From contig JBCCEF010000001.1 in NCBI GenBank assembly GCA_039030395.1, positions 417,315 to 481,314 of the forward strand: 64,000 bases of DNA. Direction: 5' to 3'. The notes under the pieces were generated by a model, which saw nothing but the letters and a program-made list of their open reading frames with translations, was not told the origin of the DNA and ran no database searches. The position numbers were made by a program, and so were the translations under genes. Positions 13,688 through 24,703 of this stretch are shown here, piece after piece; the stretch's first letter is position 1, and the number at the start of each line of letters is the position of its first letter. The DNA comes from Acidobacteriota bacterium (lineage in GTDB: Bacteria; Acidobacteriota; Thermoanaerobaculia; Multivoradales; JBCCEF01).

Positions 13688-15019
13688 ATGAAAAACATCC
13701 TCATCCTCGGCGCCGGGCAGAGCGCGCCGCTCCTGATTCGCGACCTTCTCCACCACGCCGGGGAGCATGACTGGCGGGTGACCGTAGCCGATTTGAACCG
13801 CGAGGCCGCGGCGGCGCGGCTGGAGGGGAATCCGCGCGGTCGCGCCATCACCTTCGACGCCGAGGCGGGGGGTGACGAGATCACCGCGGCGGACCTGGTG
13901 GTGAATCTGCTGCCGCCGAGCTTCCAGGCGCCGATCGCCGAGCAGTGCGTGGCGGCCGGCCGGCCGATGATCTCCGCCTCCTATACGGCACCGGCAACGC
14001 GCGAATTGGACGCCGCGGCCCGGGAGCGCGGGGTGCTGATCCTCACCGAAATGGGCCTCGACCCGGGCATCGACCACATGTCCACCATGGAACTGCTCGA
14101 CCGCCTAGCCCGGGAAGGAGCCGTGGTGGAGAGCTTCGAGTCCTACGGCAGCGGCGTGCCGGCGACGGACTCGGTGGACAACCCCTTCGGCTACGCCATC
14201 ACCTGGAACCCCAGGAACGTGGTGCTGGCGGCACGCGACGGCGCGCAGTTCCTGCGCGGCGGCCGAGTGCAGGTGGCGCCCTGGATGCGCATCTTCGAGG
14301 AGTCGTGGACCGTGGAGGTACCCGGCGTCGGCCCGATGGACGCCTACCCCAACCGCGACTCCCTGGCCTATCGCGAGATTTTCCGCTTGGGCGACGCCCG
14401 CACCTTGATCCGCGGCACCCTGCGCCACGCCGGCTACTGTGCCCTGTGGCGCCACGTGGTCCGCATCGGCCTGGCGAACGACGCCCTGGAGATTCCGGGA
14501 CTAGCGGAGCTGAGCTTCCGAGAGCTGACGGACATGTTCCTGCCCGACGGCCTGCCCGGCCGCAGTGTCGAGGAGCGCGCCGCCGCCTACCTCCGACTCG
14601 ACCCCGACGGCGGCGAAATGGCCGGCCTAAGGTGGCTGGGGCTGTTTTCGTCCGACGAGCCGGTGGCGGTGGACGGCACCGCCGTCGACGCTCTGGTGGC
14701 GCTCCTTTACCGCAAGTTCAAACTGCCGGAGGGCGGCCGGGACATGGTGATCTTGCAGCACCAGCTCGGCGTCCGCCGTGAAGACGGCCGTCGTGAGCGC
14801 ATCACCTCCTGGATGGTGGAGCACGGCGAACCCGGCGGCATCACCGCCATGGCCCGCACCGTCGGCCTGCCGGCGGCGATCGCGGCGCGGCTGGTGTTGA
14901 CCGGGCAGCTCACCGAGACGGGGGTTCACATCCCGACGACGCCGGCCTTCTACGAGCCGGTGCTGGCGGAGCTGGACAAGGCCGGGATTCAATTCACGGA
15001 GAAGAGCGAGTCGGGCTAG
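13688..15019 (+). CDS. Saccharopine dehydrogenase family protein
   Basis: ILILGAG, ISASY, EMGLDPGIDHM, YAITWNPRNV, YPNRDS, RGTLR and TAMARTVGLP motifs. Confidence 0.9.
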   Translation: MKNILILGAGQSAPLLIRDLLHHAGEHDWRVTVADLNREAAAARLEGNPRGRAITFDAEAGGDEITAADLVVNLLPPSFQAPIAEQCVAAGRPMISASYTAPATRELDAAARERGVLILTEMGLDPGIDHMSTMELLDRLAREGAVVESFESYGSGVPATDSVDNPFGYAITWNPRNVVLAARDGAQFLRGGRVQVAPWMRIFEESWTVEVPGVGPMDAYPNRDSLAYREIFRLGDARTLIRGTLRHAGYCALWRHVVRIGLANDALEIPGLAELSFRELTDMFLPDGLPGRSVEERAAAYLRLDPDGGEMAGLRWLGLFSSDEPVAVDGTAVDALVALLYRKFKLPEGGRDMVILQHQLGVRREDGRRERITSWMVEHGEPGGITAMARTVGLPAAIAARLVLTGQLTETGVHIPTTPAFYEPVLAELDKAGIQFTEKSESG

Positions 15020-15530
15020 TGTGCGGCTCCCGGTCCGCGTGCCGAACGAAGACTGCGCGCACCTCGTCTCGCTTCCTGGGTAAGGCCATGTCGACCGGAA
15101 GTTGACCGCACGCCTCGGCAACCGCCGGATCGGCGCCGTAGGCCAGGAGAAGCTCAATCACCCTGACGTAGCCGTGCGCCGAGGCCTTGTGCAAGGCGGT
15201 TTCGCCCCCGTCGTCCGGCCGATTGGGATCGGACCCGGCTTTCAGCAAGGCGCGACAAACGTCCTCGTGCCCGAGCTGCGCCGCGTTGTGTAGTGGTGAA
15301 TCGTCGCCCGCAACTCCTTGAGGGTTCGCGCCGCGAGCAAGGAGCCAGTTCACGACATCAATCTGGTTCTCCACGGCAAAGAAATGCAGGGCGGACTCCG
15401 AATCGCCGTAGACGGGATAGTCGATCAATCCCGGATACCTCTTGAGCAAACGTTCAGCCTTCATGCGATCGCCGATCAGCGCAGCGCGAAACGCATGGGC
15501 GTTGTCCTTCATGCTCGTTTTCTCTGACAT
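14994..15530 (-). CDS. Ankyrin repeat protein
   Basis: Ankyrin units SALHFFA, SPLHNAAQLGH, TALHKASAHGY...LLAYGADP. Confidence 0.85.
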   Translation of the reverse strand: MSEKTSMKDNAHAFRAALIGDRMKAERLLKRYPGLIDYPVYGDSESALHFFAVENQIDVVNWLLARGANPQGVAGDDSPLHNAAQLGHEDVCRALLKAGSDPNRPDDGGETALHKASAHGYVRVIELLLAYGADPAVAEACGQLPVDMALPRKRDEVRAVFVRHADREPHTSPTRSSP

Positions 15531-15549
15531 GACTTTGGCTTCCCCTCGA

Positions 15550-16005
15550 CTACGGCGTCACGCAGCGCCCCGCTTCACAGACCGCCGATTCCGGCGGCGC
15601 GGCGCAGCGGCAGACGCCGCCGGAGCATTCGAGGTCCCGAAACCGATCGACCAGCGGCCGCTTCACCGCTTCGGTGACCTCGACGGACACCGCGTAGTAG
15701 CAACCGCCCAGGCCCACGGCGCAGTCGCCGGCCACAACGTGGCAATCTTCGTCCGCCGAACAGGCGGATTGCTCCTCCATCAGCTCGCCGTAGGACATGG
15801 CCACGGCTTCGCAGTCGTCCAAGGCGGCGGCCTGCTGCGCGACCGAGGCTTCGGAAGGCGGGTTCGACGAGGCGGACTCCGACTCATCGGCCCGAGGCGC
15901 TGCCCGGGAGACCCCGCCACAGGCGACGGATAGGCCGAGCCACAGCGCCAGGCCCGCGGCGACGGTCAACCGGTTGAAGGATGGGGAAACACCAGAATTC
16001 TTCAT
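15550..16005 (-). CDS. Hypothetical Cys-rich lipoprotein
   Basis: Lipobox-like LSVAC, low-complexity linker, Cys-rich domain (CSADEDC...GDC...GGC...C...CRC...VCEAGRC). Confidence 0.6.
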   Translation of the reverse strand: MKNSGVSPSFNRLTVAAGLALWLGLSVACGGVSRAAPRADESESASSNPPSEASVAQQAAALDDCEAVAMSYGELMEEQSACSADEDCHVVAGDCAVGLGGCYYAVSVEVTEAVKRPLVDRFRDLECSGGVCRCAAPPESAVCEAGRCVTP

Positions 16006-16063
16006 TCGCAGAGTCTACCCGGCTCGTCAAATCGACGCGTCCCGCTGGGCTATCATCCCCGCC

Positions 16064-16720
16064 ATGAATCTCTTGCATACATCCCATATCCCCGCCGGTT
16101 CCGGTCCGTTTCCCACCCTTATCGCCCTCCACGGTTGGGGTGCGAGCGCTCACGACCTCCTCGGTTTGGCCCCCTGGCTGGCCGGCGGCAAAGCGCTAGT
16201 TCTCTGCCCCCAGGGCCAGGTCACGCTGCCCCTCGGAGGGGGCGTCGAAGGCTACGGCTGGTTTCCCCTCGTCCCCGGCCAGCCGCCGTCTGAGGAGGTC
16301 TTCGATCAGGCCCGGCAAGCTCTGCACACCTTCGTCACCGAAGCGCGCGACCGTTACCCAATGGATCCGGAGCGCACCGCCGTCCTCGGCTTCTCCCAGG
16401 GAGGGGTGATGGCCTACGACCTGGTGCTGCGTTCGCCGGAGGAGTTCAGCGGCCTGGCGGCCTTGTCGTCCTGGCTGCCGGAGCCGCTGGCCGAGGCGGT
16501 GGCGCCCCGGCCGGAGCACCGCGAGCTGCCGACTCTGCTGGTGCACGGCATCGGCGACGCGGTGATTGATATCGAACGCGCCCGCGAATCGCGAGAGACC
16601 CTCCGCCGCTTCGAAGTGAGCCTCACCTACCGTGAGTTCGAGATGGAGCACGAGATCCGGCCGGAAGCGCTGACGCTGATCGGCGATTGGCTGATCCGGC
16701 GGGCCTTCGGGCAGGTCTAG
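16064..16720 (+). CDS. Alpha/beta hydrolase (phospholipase/carboxylesterase family)
   Basis: LHGWGA, GFSQGG nucleophile elbow, HGIGD and MEHEI; start reassigned to ATG 16064. Confidence 0.88.
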   Translation: MNLLHTSHIPAGSGPFPTLIALHGWGASAHDLLGLAPWLAGGKALVLCPQGQVTLPLGGGVEGYGWFPLVPGQPPSEEVFDQARQALHTFVTEARDRYPMDPERTAVLGFSQGGVMAYDLVLRSPEEFSGLAALSSWLPEPLAEAVAPRPEHRELPTLLVHGIGDAVIDIERARESRETLRRFEVSLTYREFEMEHEIRPEALTLIGDWLIRRAFGQV

Positions 16721-16765
16721 CCTGCCTTGAACGCCGCCCCAGGGCGGGCCGTACAATAGAGCAGT

Positions 16766-17440
16766 ATGAACGTACCTCTCGTCACCTTCGGATCGCACCT
16801 CCGTCACCGGACCGCCGGCGGCCTGGCGCTGTGCCTGCTTTTGGGTCTTCTGATACCCCTCGCCGGCTGCCGCAGCGCCGAGTTCAAGCAGGCCGATGCC
16901 GCGGAGGTCCACCTTCTGGTGTCGGCCTTGGGCCTGAAAGAAGGCGACGTGGTCGCCGACGTGGGTGCCGGCTGGGGTGAGTGGGCCGAGGCCCTGGCGC
17001 AACATGTCGGCCCCACCGGCCGGGTGTACGCGACGGAGCTCGACGACGAGCAGCTCCACGGCATCCGGCGCCGCTTCGTGGCAGCGGGAATCCGCAACGG
17101 CGAGGTGCTGCGCGGCACGGACCGCGAAACCGGCCTGCCGGCCGGGTGCTGCGATGTGGTGCTTCTCCGCCGGGTATACCACCACTTCGTGGACCCGACG
17201 GCGATGAACCTGAGCCTACGCCGGGCGCTCCGCCCCGGCGGCTTGCTGGCGGTGGTGGACTACAGCACCTACGACGGTGCCAGCGTTGCCGGGGTGCCGG
17301 AGAACCGCGAATCCCACAGCGTGCGGCCGGACATCGTCGTTCGCGAAACGGCGGAGTTTGGCTTCGAGGAAGTCGAGGTGATCACGCCCTGGAACGGCCG
17401 TGATGACGTCTACTGCCTGCTCCTGAGGCGAACCGAATGA
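16766..17440 (+). CDS. Class I SAM-dependent methyltransferase with N-terminal signal/lipoprotein segment
   Basis: VADVGAGWG motif I, GRVYATE, YHHF, LRPGGLLAVVDY; LAGC lipobox. Confidence 0.85.
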   Translation: MNVPLVTFGSHLRHRTAGGLALCLLLGLLIPLAGCRSAEFKQADAAEVHLLVSALGLKEGDVVADVGAGWGEWAEALAQHVGPTGRVYATELDDEQLHGIRRRFVAAGIRNGEVLRGTDRETGLPAGCCDVVLLRRVYHHFVDPTAMNLSLRRALRPGGLLAVVDYSTYDGASVAGVPENRESHSVRPDIVVRETAEFGFEEVEVITPWNGRDDVYCLLLRRTE

Positions 17441-17898
17441 CCGAAGCGTCGACGGTCGCCGAGGTCGAAGTGCGCGAGGTTCGGACGCCCGCTGAGCTGG
17501 AAGAGGCCTTGGAGATTCGCCGCCAGGTGTTCGTCATCGGCCAGGACTGCCCGCCGGAGGAAGAATTCGACGAGTTCGAGGAACTCGCCCGCCAGTTCGT
17601 CGCTCGAGTCCAAGGCCAACCGGCGGCAACCGCCCGCTGGCGCCGGGTGGAGACGGCCGACGGAGCAGCCGCCAAACTCGAACGCTTCGCGGTGCTGAAG
17701 GAGTTCCGCGGCCACGGCCTCGGCCGCCGGATGGTCGAGCACCTGATCGCCGACGCCCGGCGCCTCGGCCACCGGCGAATGGTGCTGCACGCGCAATCGC
17801 ACCTGGCCGGCCTTTACGGCTCCTATGGATTCGAACCGCAGGGCGAGGAGTTCGAGGAAGCGGGCATCCCCCACCTCAAGATGGTTTTGGCGGGGTAG
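17437..17898 (+). CDS. GNAT N-acetyltransferase (ElaA/YjcF-like)
   Basis: RRQVFVIGQ, ERFAVLKEFRGHGLG, LHAQ, FEEAGIPHLKM. Confidence 0.9.
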   Translation: MTEASTVAEVEVREVRTPAELEEALEIRRQVFVIGQDCPPEEEFDEFEELARQFVARVQGQPAATARWRRVETADGAAAKLERFAVLKEFRGHGLGRRMVEHLIADARRLGHRRMVLHAQSHLAGLYGSYGFEPQGEEFEEAGIPHLKMVLAG

Positions 17899-17904
17899 GA
17901 TCTC

Positions 17905-18288
17905 TCAGCCGCCGACCACCGCATCGGCCTCGATCTCGATCAGCATCGCCGGATCGATCAGTGCCTTCACCTCCACCATGGTGGTCGCCGGAGGATGGTC
18001 TCCAAAGGCTTCCCGATGCGCCCGGCCGTACTCTTCCCAGCGGCGGATGTCGGTGACGAACATGCGGGTGCGCACCACCGACGAGAGATCGGCCTCGAAG
18101 CCCTGGAGGGCTCTGGCGATCAGCTCGATCGAACGGCGAGCCTGCTCGTAGGCATCGCCCGGCGCGTGGACACCGCCGCCCTCGGCCACCGGCGCGGTGC
18201 CGGTCACGTAGATGTGGGGGCCGGCCTTGACCGCGCGGCAGTAGCCCACGATCTCTTCCCAGGGTGCGTGCGAGTAAACCCGTTCCAT
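17905..18288 (-). CDS. RidA/YjgF family protein
   Basis: WEEIVGYCRAV, VVRTRMFVTDI, PATTMVEV..LI....IEIEADA; start placed at ATG 18288. Confidence 0.9.
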   Translation of the reverse strand: MERVYSHAPWEEIVGYCRAVKAGPHIYVTGTAPVAEGGGVHAPGDAYEQARRSIELIARALQGFEADLSSVVRTRMFVTDIRRWEEYGRAHREAFGDHPPATTMVEVKALIDPAMLIEIEADAVVGG

Positions 18289-18443
18289 GATCAACATCCG
18301 TCCTCGGCCGTTCAAAGACACTGAAATCATATCCGGCCAACCCCTCCAGGACGCCGGCAGCCGGAGGCGGCGGGGGAAACCTGAAGGACGGCCTATACAA
18401 TCAGCACGACCGAACAGTTCTCATACTTCGGGAGGCTCCTCGC

Positions 18444-20906
<2,463 letters not shown>

Positions 20907-20912
20907 CACCCC

Positions 20913-21443
20913 GTGAAACCGCTCTACCCGCGGCGTCGACTCGGCCGCAAGCGCTATTTCGTTCTGCTGCTGATCATCGGCGTTGTCTGGCTGATATCGG
21001 AGGCCGGCTCGCTTTGGAAGGGTCGCTCGGCTCCCGCACCGGCCCCGGAGCCGCTCGAAGCCCCGCCGCCGGGCACCCGGCAACCGGCGGATCCGACCGC
21101 ATCGATGAGCGTGCCGGAGCGGCGGGCCGGCGCGGCGCGGATCGTCGAAGCCTTTGCCTCACGGGAGTCCGGCGTGTGGGTGGAGGCCGCCGGCCTCATC
21201 GTCCGCCACCTGCCGGACGATAACGACGGCTCCCGCCACCAGCGTTTCATCGTGGAGGTCCGGCCCGGCCACACCGTTCTCTTGAGCCACAATATCGACC
21301 TCGAACCGCCCCTCGACGCGGGGGTCGGCGACTCCCTCGTCTTCCGTGGCCGCTACGAGTGGAACGACCGCGGCGGTGTGATCCACTGGACCCACCCGGA
21401 CCCCCAGGGGCGTCACGGCGGCGGCTGGGTGCGGGTGGAGTAG
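20913..21443 (+). CDS. DUF3465-like protein
   Basis: LPDDNDGSRHQRFI, HNIDL, GRYEWNDRGGVIHWTHPDPQGRHGGGW. Confidence 0.8.
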   Translation: MKPLYPRRRLGRKRYFVLLLIIGVVWLISEAGSLWKGRSAPAPAPEPLEAPPPGTRQPADPTASMSVPERRAGAARIVEAFASRESGVWVEAAGLIVRHLPDDNDGSRHQRFIVEVRPGHTVLLSHNIDLEPPLDAGVGDSLVFRGRYEWNDRGGVIHWTHPDPQGRHGGGWVRVE

Positions 21444-21476
21444 GCGGACCCGCAGTGGAGAGGTAGCAGAACTTCA

Positions 21477-21507
21477 ATTTACGCCCTATTTACGCTAATA
21501 TCGGGCA
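21477..21507 (+). promoter_or_regulatory. Putative dnaE2 promoter with 11-bp-period direct repeat and a -10 hexamer just before the ATG
   Basis: ATTTACGC at 21477 and 21488; TAATAT at 21496-21501, 6 nt before ATG 21508; no SD sequence. Confidence 0.5.
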
Positions 21508-24500
21508 ATGAAGGCCTTCCCCTACGCCGAACTGCGGGCCGCTTCCAGCTTCTCTTTTCTGGATGGCGCTTCGCCGCCGGAGGATCTCGTCGCCCGGGCG
21601 GCGGAGGTGGGTTTGGGCACCATGGCGCTGGTGGACAAGAACGGCGTCTACGGTGCGCCGCGCTTCCACAAGGCGGCGCGGCAAGCCGGCCTGCGCGCCC
21701 TGGTGGGAGCGGAGATCGCCCTCGACGAGGGAACCACGGAGAGGGAGGACGATCCGCCGCGGCTCACCCTCCTGGTCAAGGACCGCGCCGGCTACCGCAA
21801 CCTCTGCCGCCTGCTGACGGCGGCGGCGCGGGATCGGCCGAAGGGCCAGGCGCGGGCGAGCTGGGACCTGGTCGCCGAGCACTCGGGCGGCCTCCACGCC
21901 CTCTCCGGCGGCGAGGAGGGACCCTTCCAGCGAGCGCTGGCGGCGCGCGGTGCGGACGGCGGGCGGGACGGCGGCCGCCGAGTGCTGGAGAAAGTCGCCG
22001 GCATCTTCGACGGCCGCCTGCACGTTGAACTCCAGCGCCACTTCCAGCGCGACGAAGAGCACCGCAACGAAGCGGCCGTCGATCTCGCCCGGCGGCTGCG
22101 GTTGCCGCTGGTCGCCACCAACGGCGTGCGCTACGCGCGGCGCCGGGACAAGGCGCTGCACGATGTGCAAACGGCCATTCGCCTGCGCACCCCGCTCGAT
22201 GCCGCCGGCCGCCGCCTGGCGGCGCAGCGGGAGCGCCAGGTGGTGGGGCCGGCGGAGATGGCGCGGCGCTTCGCCGACCGGCCGGCGGCGGTGGCAGAGA
22301 GCGCCGCCCTCGCCGCCGAGATGAGCTTTACTCTCCGCGATCTCGGCTACCGCTTCCCCAACTATCCGCTGCCCCCCGGCGAGAGCCTGGCCAGCTACCT
22401 GCGCCAGGTCACCTGGAACGCCGCCCGGGCGCGCTTCCAACCCCTGACCGGCCGCGCTCAGGACCAGATCGCCCACGAGCTGGCGCTGATCGAGAAGCTC
22501 GACCTCGCCGGCTACTTCCTGATCGTGTGGGACATCGTGCGCTTCTGCCAACGCGAAGGGATCCTCGCCCAGGGGCGCGGCTCGGCGGCCAACAGTGCCG
22601 TGTGCTACGCCCTGTCGATCACCGCCGTCGATCCGGTGAAGATGGAGCTGCTGTTCGAGCGTTTTTTGTCGGAAGAGCGCGGCGAATGGCCGGACATCGA
22701 CCTCGACCTGCCCTCCGGCGAGCGCCGGGAGCGGGTGATCCAGTACGTCTACCAGCGCTACGGCGCCCACGGCGCCGCCATGACCGCCAACGTCATCACC
22801 TACCGGGAGCGCTCGGCGGCGCGCGAGGTGGCCAAGGCGCTGGGCTTCTCGCCGGCCCAGGAGGATCGCCTGGCGCGCCGCCTCGGGAGCTGGCGGCGGG
22901 ACGTCCACGCCGGTCAGCCGAAGGTGCTGGCCGAGGAAATCCGCGCCGCCGGCCTCGATCCGGACGAACACCGGGTGCGGCTCTTCGCGGACCTCTGGCA
23001 GCGCATCCAGAACCTCCCCCGCCACCTCGGCCAGCACTCCGGCGGCATGGTGATCGCCGCCGGCCGCCTCGACGAGGTGGTGCCCCTGGAGCCGGCGGCG
23101 ATGCCCGGTCGCGTCGTGGTGCAGTGGGACAAGGAGGACTGCGCCGACCTCGGCATCATCAAAATCGATCTTCTGGGCCTGGGGATGCTCAACGCGCTGG
23201 AAGAGGCGGTGCCGACCATCCTGCGGGAAGAAGGCGTGCACTTGGACCTCGCCCACCTGCCGCCGGACGACCCGAAGACCTACCGGATGATCCGCGACGC
23301 CGACACGGTGGGGGTGTTCCAGATCGAGAGCCGGGCGCAGATGGCCTCCCTGCCGCGCAACGCCCCCGCCACCTTCTACGACCTGGTGATCCAGGTGGGC
23401 ATCATCCGCCCGGGGCCGATCGCCGGCAATCTGGCGAACCCCTTCTTCGAGCGGCGCCAGGGGCGCCAGGCGGTGACCTATCCGCACCCGGACCTCGAAC
23501 CGATTCTCGAGCGCACCCTGGGAGTGCCGATCTTCCAGGAGCAAATCCTGCGCATGGCGATGGTGGCGGCGGGCTTCTCCGGCGGCGAGGCGGAAGAGCT
23601 GCGGCGGGCGATGGGCTTCAAGCGCTCGGTGGAGGCGATGGAGCCCATCGAGCGGCGCCTGCGCGACGGCATGACCGCCCGCGGCATCACCGGGCAGGCG
23701 CAGGAACAGATCGTCCAGGCGATCACCTCCTTCGCCCTCTACGGCTTCCCGGAGTCCCACGCCGCCAGCTTCGCCTTGATCGCCTACGCCAGCGCCTACT
23801 TGAAGGCCCACCACCCGGTGGCCTTCTTCCTGTCGCTCTTGAATGCCTGGCCGATGGGCTTTTACCACCCGGCGACGCTGATCCGCGACGCCGAGCGCCA
23901 CGGGGTGGAGACCCGGCCGGTCGAGGTTGACCGCTCCGGCGTCCGCTGCCGCTGGGAGGACGGCGCCATCCGCCTTGGCCTCTGCTATGTCAAGGGGCTG
24001 CGGCGCGAGTCGGCGGAGGCCATCGAGGCGGAGCAACCCTTCCGGGACACCGAGGATCTCGCCCGCCGCGCCGCCCTGCGGAAGGGCGAGCTGGCGGCCC
24101 TCGCCGCCGTCGGAGCGCTCAGCGTCTTCGGCCTCACCCGCCGCCAGGCCCTGTGGCAAGCCGCCCGGGCGAGCCGCGACGCCGGACCGCTGTTGACCGC
24201 CCTGCCGGACGATGCGCCCTCGCCGCTACCGGAGATGACCGCTGTCGAGGAAACCTTCGAGGACTTCCGCATCGCCCGGGTCACCACCGGGCCGCACCCG
24301 ATGAAACACCTGCGGCCGCTCCTCGACCGCGCCGGCATCGTCGCCGCCGCAGAATTGCCGAAACGGCAAGACGCCACCCGCGTCACCACCGCCGGCTCGA
24401 TCATTGTCCGCCAGCGGCCGGGCACCGCCAAGGGGCTGCTGTTCATGACCCTAGAGGACGAAACGGGCATGTCCCAGGCGATCATCAGTCCAGACCTGCT

Positions 24501-24687
24501 GGAGGAATACCGCTCCCTGATCGTCGGCTCCACAGGCCTGATCGTCGAAGGCATCCTGCAGCAGCGGGACGGCTCCGTCTCCGTCAAAGCCGAGACCTTC
24601 CGGCCGCTGTCGTCCCTACGGGAGATGCAGCGGCAGGGCGAGGGCGAGCCGAAACTGGTGGCGGCGCCGAGCCATGATTTTCGCTGA
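21508..24687 (+). CDS. dnaE2: Error-prone DNA polymerase DnaE2 (ImuC)
   Basis: YAEL...SFSFLDGAS, GRGSAANSAVCY, PDIDLD, PRHLGQHSGG, YGFPESHAASFA, RQRPGTAKG and C-terminal SHDFR, typical of DnaE2. Confidence 0.95.
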   Translation: MKAFPYAELRAASSFSFLDGASPPEDLVARAAEVGLGTMALVDKNGVYGAPRFHKAARQAGLRALVGAEIALDEGTTEREDDPPRLTLLVKDRAGYRNLCRLLTAAARDRPKGQARASWDLVAEHSGGLHALSGGEEGPFQRALAARGADGGRDGGRRVLEKVAGIFDGRLHVELQRHFQRDEEHRNEAAVDLARRLRLPLVATNGVRYARRRDKALHDVQTAIRLRTPLDAAGRRLAAQRERQVVGPAEMARRFADRPAAVAESAALAAEMSFTLRDLGYRFPNYPLPPGESLASYLRQVTWNAARARFQPLTGRAQDQIAHELALIEKLDLAGYFLIVWDIVRFCQREGILAQGRGSAANSAVCYALSITAVDPVKMELLFERFLSEERGEWPDIDLDLPSGERRERVIQYVYQRYGAHGAAMTANVITYRERSAAREVAKALGFSPAQEDRLARRLGSWRRDVHAGQPKVLAEEIRAAGLDPDEHRVRLFADLWQRIQNLPRHLGQHSGGMVIAAGRLDEVVPLEPAAMPGRVVVQWDKEDCADLGIIKIDLLGLGMLNALEEAVPTILREEGVHLDLAHLPPDDPKTYRMIRDADTVGVFQIESRAQMASLPRNAPATFYDLVIQVGIIRPGPIAGNLANPFFERRQGRQAVTYPHPDLEPILERTLGVPIFQEQILRMAMVAAGFSGGEAEELRRAMGFKRSVEAMEPIERRLRDGMTARGITGQAQEQIVQAITSFALYGFPESHAASFALIAYASAYLKAHHPVAFFLSLLNAWPMGFYHPATLIRDAERHGVETRPVEVDRSGVRCRWEDGAIRLGLCYVKGLRRESAEAIEAEQPFRDTEDLARRAALRKGELAALAAVGALSVFGLTRRQALWQAARASRDAGPLLTALPDDAPSPLPEMTAVEETFEDFRIARVTTGPHPMKHLRPLLDRAGIVAAAELPKRQDATRVTTAGSIIVRQRPGTAKGLLFMTLEDETGMSQAIISPDLLEEYRSLIVGSTGLIVEGILQQRDGSVSVKAETFRPLSSLREMQRQGEGEPKLVAAPSHDFR

Positions 24688-24703
24688 GGAGGTTGCCGCT
24701 GGC

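Noticed and set aside
21490-24159. 889-aa ORF antisense to dnaE2
   Set aside because: Shadow ORF from high GC3 codon bias; no motifs, and it lies opposite a well-supported gene.
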